DNA of 35,293 nucleotides from Devosia sp. (GCA_028290685.1 JAQGJI010000111.1:1-35293); one strand, 5' to 3'. Positions 17,941 to 29,086 are shown, numbered from the stretch's first letter. The notes: a model not told the origin generated them from the letters alone. Numbers and translations are program-made.

Positions 17941-18596
17941 TGCGGCGGGTGCCGGTCAATCCGCGACAGCTCTTGACCTGGCTGGGCCTTTTCGCGGGTT
18001 GCGCCGGGCTGATCCTGCAGTTCATCCTGTCCATGCAGGCCTATCTCGCCAACGGCCGCGACATTCCGGGCGCATTGGGCACGTTCTTTACCTTCTACAC
18101 GATCCTGACCAATATCGTGCTGGTCATGATCTATCTGTCCGAACTGCTCCCTACCCGGCGGCTTGATCTGTTCCGCCATCCGGTGACTCGCGGCTCAATG
18201 GTCGCCTGCACCGCGCTGGTTGGTATCTATGTCTTTCTGGTGCTCCGGCACCTGACCGCTTTTACCGGCCTGTTCGATGTGGCCGACAAGGTACTGCATT
18301 ACGTTTCTCCATCGATTTACCTGCTCTGGTGGGCGGCGGCACAACGCCATGGCCAGCTGCACTGGCGGCATCTGCCGCTCATGCTGGCCCCCACATTCAT
18401 CTACTTTGTTTACGTGATGGCTCGGGGATTGTGGGTGAACGAGTACCCCTACCCTTTCATGAACATGGCAGAGCGTGGCTACGCCGAAGTGTTGCTCGGC
18501 GCTCTTTACATGAGTATCGCCCTGGCCCTATTGGCCGGTGTTGCCGTCGTGGCGGACCGCCTGTTCGCGCAAAACTGGAACAGCGTTCATGACTGA
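17940..18596 (+). CDS. Pr6Pr / FAR-17a-AIG1-like membrane protein
   Basis: FYTILTN, LHY, YPYPF motifs and about six TM segments. Confidence 0.8.
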   Translation: MRRVPVNPRQLLTWLGLFAGCAGLILQFILSMQAYLANGRDIPGALGTFFTFYTILTNIVLVMIYLSELLPTRRLDLFRHPVTRGSMVACTALVGIYVFLVLRHLTAFTGLFDVADKVLHYVSPSIYLLWWAAAQRHGQLHWRHLPLMLAPTFIYFVYVMARGLWVNEYPYPFMNMAERGYAEVLLGALYMSIALALLAGVAVVADRLFAQNWNSVHD

Positions 18597-19191
18597 GCAC
18601 CGCATGAATGTTGCAATCGTCATTTTCCCCGATGTCGAGGAACTCGACTTTGTCGGCCCCTGGGAAGTGTTCACCACGGCAAAGGCCATCGGCGCTCCGC
18701 TGCATGGGTTTACCGTGGGCTGGCCTGCCCCCTCCGTCACCTGCGCCAAAGGGCTCAAGGTCACTGCAGACTACGCGTTTGCGGAAGCGCCGCATGCCGA
18801 CGTCGTGCTCGTCCCCGGCGGCCGGGGCACTCGCGCTTTGGCTGAGGACGATGTGTTCAACGCTGCCCTGCGCAGCTATCTGGCTGCCGCCACCTGGCGC
18901 ACCTCGGTCTGCACCGGCGCTGCCCTGCTGGCCCGGGCGGGTTTCCTCCAGGGGCGACGCGCCACAACCAATCGCAGCGCCCTTGATTTCCTGCGCGCAC
19001 ACGCCCCTCAAACCTACATTGTGGACGAGCGCTACGTGCATGACGGCAGCGTCGTGACCAGTGCCGGTGTTTCGGCGGGTATCGACATGTCGCTCTGGCT
19101 CGTCGGACACCTGTTCGGTCAGGACATCGCCCGCGCCACCCAGTCCCAAATGGAATACTTTCCAGAGCCTCCCTACGGAAAAGCCTCTTGA
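18589..19191 (+). CDS. DJ-1/PfpI family protein
   Basis: [21 protein letters not shown] nucleophile Cys, [17 protein letters not shown]. Confidence 0.92.
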   Translation: MTEHRMNVAIVIFPDVEELDFVGPWEVFTTAKAIGAPLHGFTVGWPAPSVTCAKGLKVTADYAFAEAPHADVVLVPGGRGTRALAEDDVFNAALRSYLAAATWRTSVCTGAALLARAGFLQGRRATTNRSALDFLRAHAPQTYIVDERYVHDGSVVTSAGVSAGIDMSLWLVGHLFGQDIARATQSQMEYFPEPPYGKAS

Positions 19192-21425
19192 TGACGTACC
19201 AGAATGACATCGAAATCACGCCGAAGCTTGTTGCGGACCATGGCCTCAAGCCTGACGAGTTCGACAAGATCGTAGCCCTGATCGGTCGGCAGCCGACCTA
19301 TACCGAGCTTGGTATTTTCTCGGCGATGTGGAACGAGCATTGCTCCTACAAATCCTCCAAAAAATGGCTCAAGACCCTGCCAACAACTGGTCCGCGTGTC
19401 ATTCAGGGGCCCGGCGAGAATGCCGGTGTCGTTGATATCGGAGATGGCCAGGCGATCGTTTTCAAGATGGAGTCGCACAACCATCCGTCCTTCATCGAGC
19501 CTTATCAGGGCGCCGCGACGGGGATGGGTGGCATATTGCGGGACGTTTTCACCATGGGTGCCCGTCCGGTTGCCGCAATGAATGCGCTGCGCTTCGGCGC
19601 GCCGGACCACGATAAAACCCGCCACCTTGTCTCGGGCGTGGTGGCCGGCGTCGGCGGTTACGCCAATGCCTTTGGCGTGCCCACCGTGGGTGGCGAGGTG
19701 GAGTTCGACGAGCGCTACAATGGCAATATCCTGGTCAACGCCTTCGCGGCTGGCCTCGCCGATACGGACAAGATTTTTTATTCCAAGGCTGAGGGCGTCG
19801 GCCTGCCCGTCGTTTATCTTGGCGCCAAAACCGGCCGTGATGGCGTGGGCGGCGCCACCATGGCCTCTGCCGAATTCGGCGACGATATCGAGGAAAAGCG
19901 CCCCACCGTACAAGTGGGCGATCCGTTCACGGAAAAGCGCCTGCTGGAAGCTTGCCTTGAACTCATGGCCACCGGGGCTGTCATTGCCATTCAGGACATG
20001 GGCGCGGCGGGCCTGACTTGCTCTGCGGTCGAAATGGGCGCCAAGGGCGATCTGGGCATTGAGCTCGACCTCGACAAGGTGCCCGTGCGCGAAACGGAAA
20101 TGACGCCCTATGAGATGATGCTCTCGGAAAGCCAGGAGCGCATGCTCATGGTGCTGCATCCGGAAAAGGAAGCCGAAGCCCGGGCCGTCTTCGAAAAATG
20201 GGAACTCGATTTCGCAACCGTCGGCTACACCACTGACGATCTGCGCTTCCGCGTAAAATGGCGGGGCGAGGAAGTGGCCAACCTGCCCATCAAGGAACTC
20301 GGCGACGAAGCCCCCGAATATGACCGTCCCTGGACGCCATCGGTGCCTGCACCGGCCCTTGCCGAGGGCGACGTGCCGCAGATGGACGTTGCCGACGCCC
20401 TGCTCAAACTGATGGGCAGCCACCAGATTGCCTCGCGCCGCTGGGTCTACGAGCAATACGACACATATATCCAGGGCAATTCCATGCAACGGCCTGGCGG
20501 CGATGCGGGGGTCATCCGCGTCGAGGGGCATCCCACCAAGGGCCTTGCTTTCACCTCCGATGTTAATCCGCGCTATTGCGAGGCAGACCCCTATGAAGGT
20601 GGCAAGCAGGCGGTGGCCGAAGCCTGGCGCAACCTGACGGCAACCGGTGCCGAGCCCCTGGCAGCAACGGACAATCTCAATTTCGGTAATCCGGAACGTC
20701 CAGAGATCATGAGCCAATTGGTGCACGCCATCAAAGGCATCGGGGAAGCCTGCCGCGCCCTCGACTTTCCCATCGTGTCGGGCAATGTCAGCCTTTACAA
20801 CGAGACCAATGGCCGGGGCATATTGCCCACGCCAACCATTGGCGCCGTTGGCTTGTTGCCGGACTGGACCAAGATGGCCCAGATCGGTTTTGCAGCTGGC
20901 GACCAGGCGATTTTGCTGGTCGGTGCACCGCCCCGGCGCGGCACCCATCTGGGCCAGTCCATCTACCTGCGGGATCTGTTCGGACGCCGCGACGGCTCCG
21001 CGCCCCCTGTTGATCTGGCTCACGAGCGCCGCACCGGCGACTTCGTGCGCAAGCTGATCAACGAGGGCACGGCTACTGCCGTACACGATCTGTCCGACGG
21101 GGGCCTTGCTGTTTGCCTCGCGGAAATGGCAATCGCCTCGGGTATTGGCGCCCGGATCGTTGACCTGAACGAACAAGATCCCGTCCTGCAAGATTTTGGC
21201 GAGGATCAGGGTCGCTACGTGGTCACGATAAATCTTGATCCCCAAGGCGACGACATCCTGAACCTGTGGAACGAGGCCGAGAGCCTTGGCATTTTCGCGC
21301 CTTGGATCGGGACAACAGGCGGCAGCGATCTTGTTCTGGGAGCTGCCCGTCCTTTGGCAGTGTCTGCTCTCAAGGCAGCCCATGAGAATTGGTTTGCCCA
21401 GTACATGGAAGGTGCCGCAGCCTGA
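19191..21425 (+). CDS. purL: FGAM synthase subunit PurL
   Basis: [49 protein letters not shown]. Confidence 0.98.
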   Translation: MTYQNDIEITPKLVADHGLKPDEFDKIVALIGRQPTYTELGIFSAMWNEHCSYKSSKKWLKTLPTTGPRVIQGPGENAGVVDIGDGQAIVFKMESHNHPSFIEPYQGAATGMGGILRDVFTMGARPVAAMNALRFGAPDHDKTRHLVSGVVAGVGGYANAFGVPTVGGEVEFDERYNGNILVNAFAAGLADTDKIFYSKAEGVGLPVVYLGAKTGRDGVGGATMASAEFGDDIEEKRPTVQVGDPFTEKRLLEACLELMATGAVIAIQDMGAAGLTCSAVEMGAKGDLGIELDLDKVPVRETEMTPYEMMLSESQERMLMVLHPEKEAEARAVFEKWELDFATVGYTTDDLRFRVKWRGEEVANLPIKELGDEAPEYDRPWTPSVPAPALAEGDVPQMDVADALLKLMGSHQIASRRWVYEQYDTYIQGNSMQRPGGDAGVIRVEGHPTKGLAFTSDVNPRYCEADPYEGGKQAVAEAWRNLTATGAEPLAATDNLNFGNPERPEIMSQLVHAIKGIGEACRALDFPIVSGNVSLYNETNGRGILPTPTIGAVGLLPDWTKMAQIGFAAGDQAILLVGAPPRRGTHLGQSIYLRDLFGRRDGSAPPVDLAHERRTGDFVRKLINEGTATAVHDLSDGGLAVCLAEMAIASGIGARIVDLNEQDPVLQDFGEDQGRYVVTINLDPQGDDILNLWNEAESLGIFAPWIGTTGGSDLVLGAARPLAVSALKAAHENWFAQYMEGAAA

Positions 21426-21448
21426 TCTGTGCCATCTCGCCGGTCGAT

Positions 21449-21477
21449 ATTGAAGCGGCTCCCTCGGTGCCATATCT
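21449..21477 (+). promoter_or_regulatory. Putative RpoH-type promoter for bolA
   Basis: ATTGAA-N15-CCATATCT in the purL-bolA gap. Confidence 0.45.
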
Positions 21478-21521
21478 TGCAGGAGTCGGCGAACCCGCCG
21501 TGTATAAGCAGGAGTTGAGCC

Positions 21522-21755
21522 ATGCCCATGGAAGCCAATGAAATCGAGCGTCGCATCCAGGCTGCGTTGCCTGATGCGACAATCGAAATCCGGGACTTGG
21601 CAGGCGATGGCGATCACTGGGCTGCCACGGTGATTTCCGAGCAGTTCCGGGGCAAATCGCGCGTCCAGCAGCACCAGCTGGTTTATGCGGCCTTGCAGGG
21701 CGATATGGGCGGCGCGCTACACGCCCTGGCATTGCAAACCGGCGTACCCGAGTAA
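21522..21755 (+). CDS. bolA: BolA family protein
   Basis: DLAGDGDH, FRGKSRVQQHQLVY, LHALALQT. Confidence 0.95.
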   Translation: MPMEANEIERRIQAALPDATIEIRDLAGDGDHWAATVISEQFRGKSRVQQHQLVYAALQGDMGGALHALALQTGVPE

Positions 21756-21759
21756 GCCC

Positions 21760-22083
21760 ATGTCGCTGCGAGACTCGCTTGACCTTATTCGCGCCGTCCG
21801 GCCCGATGCGGGTACTGCGGCTATCGAACACGAAATCATCGCCGAACGGGCATCGTCGCTAGGCGCGGCCGAACGCCGGGTCGTTACGGCGCTCGAAGCG
21901 CTTGCCGGCGCTGGTCCGGACCGGGCAACAGCACTCTCCGACGCGCGAAGGGTTGTCTGGGAATACTTCGTGCAGCGTGAACTGGTGGGCTTTCGCAAGC
22001 ACACCGATGTGATCGCGGAGCTGAACATTCCACCCGAAGTCCTTGCCGGACTGGGCGCCATGCCGGTTCGATCCAAAAAATGA
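21760..22083 (+). CDS. DUF6665-like hypothetical protein
   Basis: EI.AERASSLG, VWEYFVQRE..G, IPPEVLA.LG pattern recalled for this family. Confidence 0.7.
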   Translation: MSLRDSLDLIRAVRPDAGTAAIEHEIIAERASSLGAAERRVVTALEALAGAGPDRATALSDARRVVWEYFVQRELVGFRKHTDVIAELNIPPEVLAGLGAMPVRSKK

Positions 22084-22219
22084 GCGCTGCTGCGTCAGGC
22101 AGCCGCTTTCCATGACTTATCGGCGCCTGCCGATGGTGATCTCGACATCGCCCCGGCGATGACCTATTTAACAGGCAAAGCAATCTGGCCCGATGGCCCG
22201 GATGACAAGAGGTTTTTCC

Positions 22220-22555
22220 ATGACCGACATCAACGCATTCATCGATGACAAGGTGAAGAACAACGACATCTTCCTGTTCATGAAGGGGTCACCCGATTTT
22301 CCACAATGTGGTTTCTCGGGCCAGGTGGTCCAGATCCTGAACTATCTCGGCGTCGAATACAGCAGTGCCAACGTCCTCGAGAGTGCGGAACTGCGCGACG
22401 GCATCAAGGCATATGCCAACTGGCCGACCATTCCCCAGCTCTACGTCAAGGGTGAGTTCGTCGGCGGCGCCGACATCGTCCGCGAGATGTTCCAGGCCGG
22501 TGAGTTGCAGGCCCAGCTCGAGGCGGCGGGGATTCCTGTCAAGCAGTCGGCCTGA
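22220..22555 (+). CDS. grxD: Monothiol glutaredoxin Grx4
   Basis: FMKG, PQCGFS, WPTIPQLY, GEFVGG. Confidence 0.96.
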   Translation: MTDINAFIDDKVKNNDIFLFMKGSPDFPQCGFSGQVVQILNYLGVEYSSANVLESAELRDGIKAYANWPTIPQLYVKGEFVGGADIVREMFQAGELQAQLEAAGIPVKQSA

Positions 22556-22573
22556 TCGACCCTTCCCGTTTTC

Positions 22574-22604
22574 AAGCGCCGGATCGAAAGCTCCGGCGCT
22601 TTTT
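22574..22604 (+). terminator. Intrinsic terminator after grxD
   Basis: aagcgccgga...tccggcgctt-ttt. Confidence 0.75.
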
Positions 22605-22890
22605 ACTGCGCACTGAAATCGGCTGAAAGGCGCAGCTCGCGCAGGGGCCGGACACGGCGGGTGGCTTCTGCATAGGTTGGATGCGCCTTGTAGGCTGCCA
22701 GGGCGGCCGAGTCGGCGAACTCGGCATAGACCACCACGTCGACTTCGTTGGAAATCTGGTCGATCTTGCTGTTGCGGCTGACCTCGAAGTGCTGGCTGTG
22801 CGGAATGGTGCCCAGCAGGGACAGCCCTTCGCAGATGGCGTCGATATTGTCGCCGGCCTTGGCCGTGAAAAAAACGATATGGCGGATCAC
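22603..22890 (-). CDS. Dabb family stress-responsive alpha/beta barrel protein
   Basis: MIRHIVFF, EF....L.AY..HP; GTG start after AGGA. Confidence 0.88.
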   Translation of the reverse strand: MIRHIVFFTAKAGDNIDAICEGLSLLGTIPHSQHFEVSRNSKIDQISNEVDVVVYAEFADSAALAAYKAHPTYAEATRRVRPLRELRLSADFSAQ

Positions 22891-23041
22891 ATGAACAGTC
22901 CTTGTTCCTTCGGCACCTTGTCGATGTGATCACGGGCACCGTCAAGTCATCACCGGCATTGATGAAGGCCATTCCGCTTTGTTGCTTTGCGGCATCGTGG
23001 CGCACGGATAAAAGGTGGCAGCGTCATCCGGAGTCCGCCTC

Positions 23042-24259
23042 ATGAACTCGTCCGCTCTCCGCCCCGCAGTGCCCCTGCTCGTGCTGATTATCGCAGGTTG
23101 CATCATTGCTGCCGTCGGCAACGGGGTGCGCACCAGTTTTGGCCTGTTTACCCTGCCCATGACGGCCGATCTGGGCTTGAGCCGCGAGGGCTGGGGCATG
23201 GCCATGGCCATCCAGAACCTGGCGTGGGGCATCGCGCAGCCATTCGCGGGTGCCTTTGCGGATCGGGTGGGCACGGGCCGCACCATAGCGGTCGGCGCAG
23301 CGATCTATGCCATTGGCGTGCTGGGCATGGCGTTTTCACCAACCGCCGGGCTGCTCACCGTCACCGCAGGCGTCGTGACCGGCGTCGGCATTGCCATCTG
23401 CTCGTTCAGCGTCGTCATGGCAGCCTTTGGCCGTTCGGTTCCTGCTGAAAAGCGGTCGTTGATCTTTGGCGTGGCCACGGCGGCATCCTCGTTTGGGCAG
23501 TTCGCCTTTGCGCCCATCAGCCAAGGCTTTATCAACGCCTTCGGCTGGCAATCGGCACTGCTTTACCTGGCCATGGCGCTGCTGCTGATTATTCCGCTCA
23601 GCTATGCCTTGCGCGGCCGCACCGAGAACACCAGCGGCCATGCCGACCTGCCCTTCATGGAGGCACTGGCCAAGGCGTGGGGCCACGGCTCGTATAGATT
23701 GCTGGTTATCGGCTTTTTCGTGTGCGGATTCCACCTGGCTTTCATCAACGTCCATATGCCGGCCTATCTTGTGCAGTGCGGACTTTCGCCCGAAGTCGGC
23801 AGTTGGACCATTGCGGTGATCGGCCTGTTCAACATCATGGGTTCTCTGCTGGCGGGCTACCTGGGCGGCCGCTTGCCCAAGCAGATGCTGCTGGCGACCA
23901 TCTACTTCCTGCGGGCAATCGCCATCGGGCTGTTCCTGCTGATCCCCGTCAGCGAAGTCACGGCATACGCTTTCGCCGCTTCCATGGGCCTGCTCTGGCT
24001 CTCCACCGTGCCGCTCACTGCTGGTCTGGTTTCCATGTTTTTCGGCGCCCGCTACATGGGCATGCTTTACGGCGTGGCGTTCCTGAGCCATCAGATCGGC
24101 TCGTTCGTCGGGGTCTGGCTGGGCGGTTATGTGTATGACCAGACAGGCTCCTACAGCCTGGTCTGGTACCTGGGTATTCTGCTCGGCCTGGGTTCGGCAG
24201 CACTGCACCTGCCGATCAATGAGCGCAGCGCCCCTGCATTCTCGTTCAAACCGGCCTGA
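23042..24259 (+). CDS. MFS transporter
   Basis: GAFADRVG motif A, FFVCGFH, 12-TM hydrophobic pattern. Confidence 0.92.
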   Translation: MNSSALRPAVPLLVLIIAGCIIAAVGNGVRTSFGLFTLPMTADLGLSREGWGMAMAIQNLAWGIAQPFAGAFADRVGTGRTIAVGAAIYAIGVLGMAFSPTAGLLTVTAGVVTGVGIAICSFSVVMAAFGRSVPAEKRSLIFGVATAASSFGQFAFAPISQGFINAFGWQSALLYLAMALLLIIPLSYALRGRTENTSGHADLPFMEALAKAWGHGSYRLLVIGFFVCGFHLAFINVHMPAYLVQCGLSPEVGSWTIAVIGLFNIMGSLLAGYLGGRLPKQMLLATIYFLRAIAIGLFLLIPVSEVTAYAFAASMGLLWLSTVPLTAGLVSMFFGARYMGMLYGVAFLSHQIGSFVGVWLGGYVYDQTGSYSLVWYLGILLGLGSAALHLPINERSAPAFSFKPA

Positions 24260-24261
24260 TC

Positions 24262-24286
24262 GGAACAATCCGCCCCCTCCATCGTT
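24262..24286 (+). promoter_or_regulatory. Putative sigma-EcfG promoter GGAAC-N16-CGTT
   Basis: GGAAC aatccgccccctccat CGTT, intergenic, about 100 nt upstream of the Bcr/CflA-type MFS. Confidence 0.55.
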
Positions 24287-24385
24287 TGGCACCGATAGAA
24301 CCTTGCCAAAAGGTGGCGCCGGGTTCATGGTTTGCCACGATATATTGGCGCCCTCCCTGCGGCGACGGCTTTTCCTAGATCACCC

Positions 24386-25636
24386 ATGTCCGATCATTTT
24401 ACGCGCATTCTTTCGCGCCCCGAATTCATTGCCCTTATGGCGGCAATGATGGCGCTCAATGCGCTTGCCATCGACGTCATGTTGCCCGCCCTGCCCTATA
24501 TGGGCGAAGCGCTCGGCGTGTCCGAGGAAAACGAACGCCAGTTCGTTATTTCGGCCTATATGCTCGGTTTCGGCTTGGCCCAGATTGCTTTTGGCCCATT
24601 GTCCGATCGGTTCGGCCGCCGCGCGCCCCTGCTGATCGGCATCGTTGTCTATATCGTCGCGGCTATTGCTGCAGCGTTCTCTCCCTCGTTTGCCGTTTTG
24701 CTCGCCTTGCGCTTCACCCAGGGGCTTGGCGCTGCCGGAACCCGCGTGATCGCAACATCAATGGTCCGCGATCTGTATTCGGGACGGGCCATGGCCGAGG
24801 TCATGTCGCTGACCTTCATGGTGTTCATGGCTATTCCCATCATTGCTCCCGGCATCGGGCAGATTCTCCTGCTCACCGGTCCGTGGCAGTACATCTTCTT
24901 TTTCATGGGTGGTCTGGCCACGATCTTCGGGCTTTGGGGCTTTCTGCGCCTGCCCGAAACCCTGCCGCTGGCCAAGCGCCGCCCACTCACCTTCAGATCG
25001 GTGATCGACGGCTTTGTGATCGTGTGCACCAACCGTGCCGCCTTCTCCTATGGCCTGGCCGGCATGTTCCTGTTTGCCGCCCTGTTCGGCTTTATCAGTA
25101 CGTCCCAGCAGATCTACGTGGATATCTATGGGCTCGGGGTGTATTTCCCCGTGGCTTTTGCCGTCATGGCGGCGCTCATGGCGGTGTCGTCCTTCATGAA
25201 CTCACGGATCGTCGCGCGCTACGGCATGCGCCGGATTTCTCATTTCGCGCTGGTTGTTTATACCCTGGTCTCGGCCATCTGGCTGAGCTTGAGCATGGCG
25301 GGCTTTATGCCGCTGTGGCTGTTCTTTCCGCTGCTGGCCATTATCATGTTCATGTTCGGCTGGGCCGCATCCAACATGAATTCGCTCTCCATGGAGCCGC
25401 TGGGAGCGGTAGCGGGTACCGCCTCGTCGGTTTTCGGCTCCATCCAGACCGTAGGGGGCGCGCTGATCGGCAGCTTCATCGGCCAGCAGTTCGACGGCAC
25501 GGTCGTCCCCGTCGCCATGGGCTATTTCGCCATGGGGACGCTGTCGATCATCTGCGTTCTGATTGCTGAAAAAGGCCGGCTGTTCGGCGTCGGCGAAGAA
25601 TATGCCAAACCCACCGTGGGCCAGGCTGCTCAGTGA
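24386..25636 (+). CDS. Bcr/CflA-type multidrug efflux MFS transporter
   Basis: AIDVMLPALP, GPLSDRFGRR, RFTQGLG, VRDLYSG, LPETL. Confidence 0.92.
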   Translation: MSDHFTRILSRPEFIALMAAMMALNALAIDVMLPALPYMGEALGVSEENERQFVISAYMLGFGLAQIAFGPLSDRFGRRAPLLIGIVVYIVAAIAAAFSPSFAVLLALRFTQGLGAAGTRVIATSMVRDLYSGRAMAEVMSLTFMVFMAIPIIAPGIGQILLLTGPWQYIFFFMGGLATIFGLWGFLRLPETLPLAKRRPLTFRSVIDGFVIVCTNRAAFSYGLAGMFLFAALFGFISTSQQIYVDIYGLGVYFPVAFAVMAALMAVSSFMNSRIVARYGMRRISHFALVVYTLVSAIWLSLSMAGFMPLWLFFPLLAIIMFMFGWAASNMNSLSMEPLGAVAGTASSVFGSIQTVGGALIGSFIGQQFDGTVVPVAMGYFAMGTLSIICVLIAEKGRLFGVGEEYAKPTVGQAAQ

Positions 25637-25798
25637 TCCGGCTCAAGCTGGCGACGGGCTGCCTCGCTGGCGCTGCGATCGGCACAGACATGATCGGTGT
25701 CGCCCCACTCATGCGCCTGCCCGGGCGTTACGAAAAGTGCGCCCGCAATACCGGGCACAAAACATGGTCACGCGCGGCCTGACCCGCTGGCTCTGCGG

Positions 25799-26617
25799 CT
25801 AGAACGTAAACACCTCGCGCCGCAGCACCTCCCAGCTCTGCCGGTCGGCTGCCAGCAGCAGGCCACCATCCACGTGGTGCGGCTGGTAGGCTGATCCATC
25901 CATGCGTGCCGCATAGCCCCCCGCTTCCTGGCTGATCAAGACCCCAGCCAGATGGTCCCAGGGCATCAACTTGTTGTAGCTCAGGAATTGGGTGTGGCCC
26001 GACGCAAAGATACGATATTCGTGCCCGGCGCAGCGGAAATTGGACAGGAGCCGGACCTTGGACGTATTCTGCAAGATCTTTGGCCGTGTCTCGGCTGGCA
26101 TGTAGGCGACCGACGCCGTCCCGACCATCTGTTCAAGCGGCAGCGGCTGGGCTACCTGCAGACGCACGGCCTCTCCGTTGGGCCGGCGCAGCCAGGCACC
26201 GGCGCCTTTTTCGGCCATGATCCAGTCATCGCCCATCGGGTCATAGATGATGCCCGCAACGGTCTCACCGCCCGAAACCACGGCCGCCATGCAGGCGAAT
26301 AGCGGCATCCCCGCCGCGTAGTTTGCAGTCCCGTCGATCGGATCGACGACCACCGCCAGATCGGCACTGGCAAGCCGCCCGAGCAGGGCCGGGTCGGCGG
26401 CGACTGACTCCTCCCCGACAAACAGCGCGCCGGGCATCCACTGGGCAATGTGCTCCTTTATCACCTGTTCGGTTGCGATATCGGCTTCGGTCACCAGATC
26501 GATCGCTTCTGTCTTGGTGTGCACCATTGTGCTGTCCAGCCGGCGAAAGCGCGGCAGGGCCTCGGCCCGGGCAGCATCACGCAGGATATTGGCAAGCTCA
26601 ATCGCATCAAAGGTCAC
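25799..26617 (-). CDS. Inositol monophosphatase family protein
   Basis: [24 protein letters not shown]. Confidence 0.92.
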   Translation of the reverse strand: MTFDAIELANILRDAARAEALPRFRRLDSTMVHTKTEAIDLVTEADIATEQVIKEHIAQWMPGALFVGEESVAADPALLGRLASADLAVVVDPIDGTANYAAGMPLFACMAAVVSGGETVAGIIYDPMGDDWIMAEKGAGAWLRRPNGEAVRLQVAQPLPLEQMVGTASVAYMPAETRPKILQNTSKVRLLSNFRCAGHEYRIFASGHTQFLSYNKLMPWDHLAGVLISQEAGGYAARMDGSAYQPHHVDGGLLLAADRQSWEVLRREVFTF

Positions 26618-27483
26618 GAGGCATTCCTCTTGCTGAACAGGGCATTGAAGTCGAACAGCTTGGGGTCAAGCATGTGACTGGCGTTGACGTTCCCCAGAGC
26701 GCGGATCATCACGTCCTTGCGGCCCGGCATGCGCTGTTCGATATCGCTGAGCATGGCCTTCATGGCATTGCGCTCCAGCCCGTCCTGCGACCCGCACAGA
26801 TCGCAGGGGATGATGGGAAATGCCAGCGCATCGGAGAAGCGCTGCAGATCGTTTTCCGCGCAGTAGATCAGCGGCCGCAGCACCTCGATATCGCCCTCGT
26901 CATTGAGCAGGCGCGGCGGCATGGCGGCCAGCTTGCCGCCGTGAAACAGGTTCATGAAAAAGGTTTCGAGGCTGTCATCGCGATGGTGGCCCAGCACCAG
27001 CGCCGTGCAGCCCTCCTCGCGGGCAATGCGATACAGATTGCCGCGCCGCAACCGGGAACAGAGCGAGCAGTAGGTGGCGCCCGCCGGGAGCTTTTCGGTG
27101 ACGATGGAATAGGTGTCTTTGTACTCGATGCGATGGGGCACGCCCAGCGCGCCCAGATAGTGCGGCAGTATGTGCTTGGGAAAATTGGGCTGTCCCTGAT
27201 CAAGGTTGCAGGCGAGCAACTCGACGGGCAGCAGGCCGCGCCATTGCAGATCGAGCAGCAGCGCCAGCATGGAATAACTATCCTTGCCCCCGGACAAGGC
27301 AACGAGCCATTTTTCGCCTGGCCGCACCATGGCGAACTTTTCCAGCGCTTCGCGCGTATTGCGGATCAGCCGCTTGCGCAGCTTGTTGAATTCCCCGGTC
27401 CGCGGCGCCTGAGCATAAACCGGGTGCCCTCCGGCATCGGCGTCCTCAAGGACCGCGGAGACTGCCTCCATGATTTCGCTCAT
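26614..27483 (-). CDS. ttcA: tRNA 2-thiocytidine(32) synthetase
   Basis: SGGKDS PP-loop, [26 protein letters not shown]. Confidence 0.96.
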   Translation of the reverse strand: MSEIMEAVSAVLEDADAGGHPVYAQAPRTGEFNKLRKRLIRNTREALEKFAMVRPGEKWLVALSGGKDSYSMLALLLDLQWRGLLPVELLACNLDQGQPNFPKHILPHYLGALGVPHRIEYKDTYSIVTEKLPAGATYCSLCSRLRRGNLYRIAREEGCTALVLGHHRDDSLETFFMNLFHGGKLAAMPPRLLNDEGDIEVLRPLIYCAENDLQRFSDALAFPIIPCDLCGSQDGLERNAMKAMLSDIEQRMPGRKDVMIRALGNVNASHMLDPKLFDFNALFSKRNAS

Positions 27484-27647
27484 GCCCAAACTCACCTTGT
27501 CATCATTGCGTAGCTGATAACGCCAGTTACCGCGCAGGGGAAGGAAAACCGGTGCTCCGCAGGATTACCAAAGCTTAATTACCGGTTCTTGCTTTCACCC
27601 GAATGCCACCGTTAGATGACGCATTCACGGCACCCAGGAGTCTCGCG

Positions 27648-28949
27648 GTGTTTCGCTCGTTCTTCCCCAATCCGCGCCTGTTTTTTATATCCGCTCTGTG
27701 CTGGATCGCCCTGGTCATGGTGGCTTGGTACACCGTGGGCAGCCAGTTGCAGCAATTCCTCAGCCTGGGACCCTGGCTCGGCATTCCTGCTACCGAGGCA
27801 AATCCCGAACCCTTCTTTTCGTCGGACCGGGTGTGGCTCTACCAATACGTTCTGGCTACGGGATATTTGTTTTGCATCCCCTGGTACTGGATCGGCGGCA
27901 ATCGCCGCTGGTACTGGTGGAGCGTCGTGGGCAGCGTCACGATCCTGGAGATCGTGTACTTCAATGTGCAGATCAGCGCCTGGCTCAACGACTGGTATGG
28001 CGAGTTCTATAACCTGATCCAGGCGGCGCTGACGACACCGGGCTCAGTGACGCTCGACCAGTTCCTGGGCGAAATCTGGACCGTCGCCTATGTGCTCATT
28101 CCCAACATCACCGTGCTGGTGATCAATGCCTATTTCATCGCGCACTATCTGTTCCGCTGGCGCCGGGCGATGACCTTTTTCTACCAGAGCCATTGGCAGC
28201 ACCTGCGCCACATCGAAGGCGCCTCCCAGCGCATCCAGGAAGATACCCAACGCTTCGCCAGCATCGTCGAGGGCCTGGCCGTATCGCTTGTCGCCTCGGT
28301 CATGACCTTGATCGTGTTTCTGCCCCTGCTGTGGGACCTGTCGTCCAACATCACCGAGCTTCCCTTCTTTGGTGCGGTGAACGGAAGTCTGGTTTGGGTG
28401 GCGCTGGTATCATCGGCCTTTGGCACGGTGTTGCTGGCGGCCGTCGGCTGGAAGCTACCCGGGCTGGAGTTCGACAATCAACGCGTCGAAGCTGCGTTCC
28501 GCAAGGAGCTTGTCTATGGTGAAGACAATGGCGAACGCGCCGATCCGGTGAGCATCCGCCAGCTGTTCATCAACATGCAGCACAACTACTTTCGCCTTTA
28601 CCGCCATTACCTGTACTTCAACATCGCCCGCTACGCCTATCTGCAGGGTTCCAACTTCGTGCCGCTGATTGCCATGGGCCCCTCCATCGTTGCGGGCACC
28701 ATGACGCTGGGGCTGTTCCAGCAGATCAGCAATGCCTTCGGGCAGGTGGAGGACTCCTTCAAGTTCCTGGCAAGCTCATGGACCACGATCATCTCGTTGA
28801 TCTCGGTCTACAAGCGCCTGCGGGCTTTTGAGGCCAATATTCCGCCCCATGCCGTCGCCGCCAACGACTACAACGATCCGATCTTCCTTGGGGAACTTGC
28901 GGCACCCCAGACAAGCGATGCAGTTCCGCGCGAGCCGGCGCAGTTTTGA
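27648..28949 (+). CDS. bacA: SbmA/BacA peptide transporter
   Basis: GTG start after AGGAG; FRSFFP.P, FRWR.AM, IEGASQRIQEDT, NQRVEAA.RKELVYGED. Confidence 0.92.
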   Translation: MFRSFFPNPRLFFISALCWIALVMVAWYTVGSQLQQFLSLGPWLGIPATEANPEPFFSSDRVWLYQYVLATGYLFCIPWYWIGGNRRWYWWSVVGSVTILEIVYFNVQISAWLNDWYGEFYNLIQAALTTPGSVTLDQFLGEIWTVAYVLIPNITVLVINAYFIAHYLFRWRRAMTFFYQSHWQHLRHIEGASQRIQEDTQRFASIVEGLAVSLVASVMTLIVFLPLLWDLSSNITELPFFGAVNGSLVWVALVSSAFGTVLLAAVGWKLPGLEFDNQRVEAAFRKELVYGEDNGERADPVSIRQLFINMQHNYFRLYRHYLYFNIARYAYLQGSNFVPLIAMGPSIVAGTMTLGLFQQISNAFGQVEDSFKFLASSWTTIISLISVYKRLRAFEANIPPHAVAANDYNDPIFLGELAAPQTSDAVPREPAQF

Positions 28950-28987
28950 GCCTGGCAAGGTCTCTGCGGGTTGCCACCGGACACCCT

Positions 28988-29086
28988 CTCATCCCGGCTC
29001 AGGCCGGGATCCATCTTGAGCTCCAATAGCCCACGCCGGCGGTGGAAATAGCGCCGGGATGGCTTCCGGCCCGAGCCGGGAATGAG
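28988..29086. repeat. Intergenic palindromic element (RIME/REP-like), copy B
   Basis: ctcatcccggctcaggccgggatccatcttgag...ccgggatgg..ccggcccgagccgggaatgag. Confidence 0.65.

Noticed and set aside
19173-21674. 833-aa antisense ORF, and similar long opposite-strand ORFs (1763-2695, 3086-4093, 16070-17254, 23336-24328, 26323-27513)
   Set aside because: Shadow frames of well-conserved GC-rich genes; no recognisable motifs.
22119-22163. Two small hairpins before grxD as another repeat copy
   Set aside because: Only GTCATC-like similarity; lacks the ATCCATC/GATGG core.
25637-25798. Possible small ORF or RNA between the convergent MFS and inositol monophosphatase genes
   Set aside because: Short frames lack a convincing start/SD or motif; no stable structure that I can support.
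27525-27585. Repeated TTACC words upstream of bacA as response-regulator sites
   Set aside because: Spacing is irregular and the words are too short to distinguish from chance.
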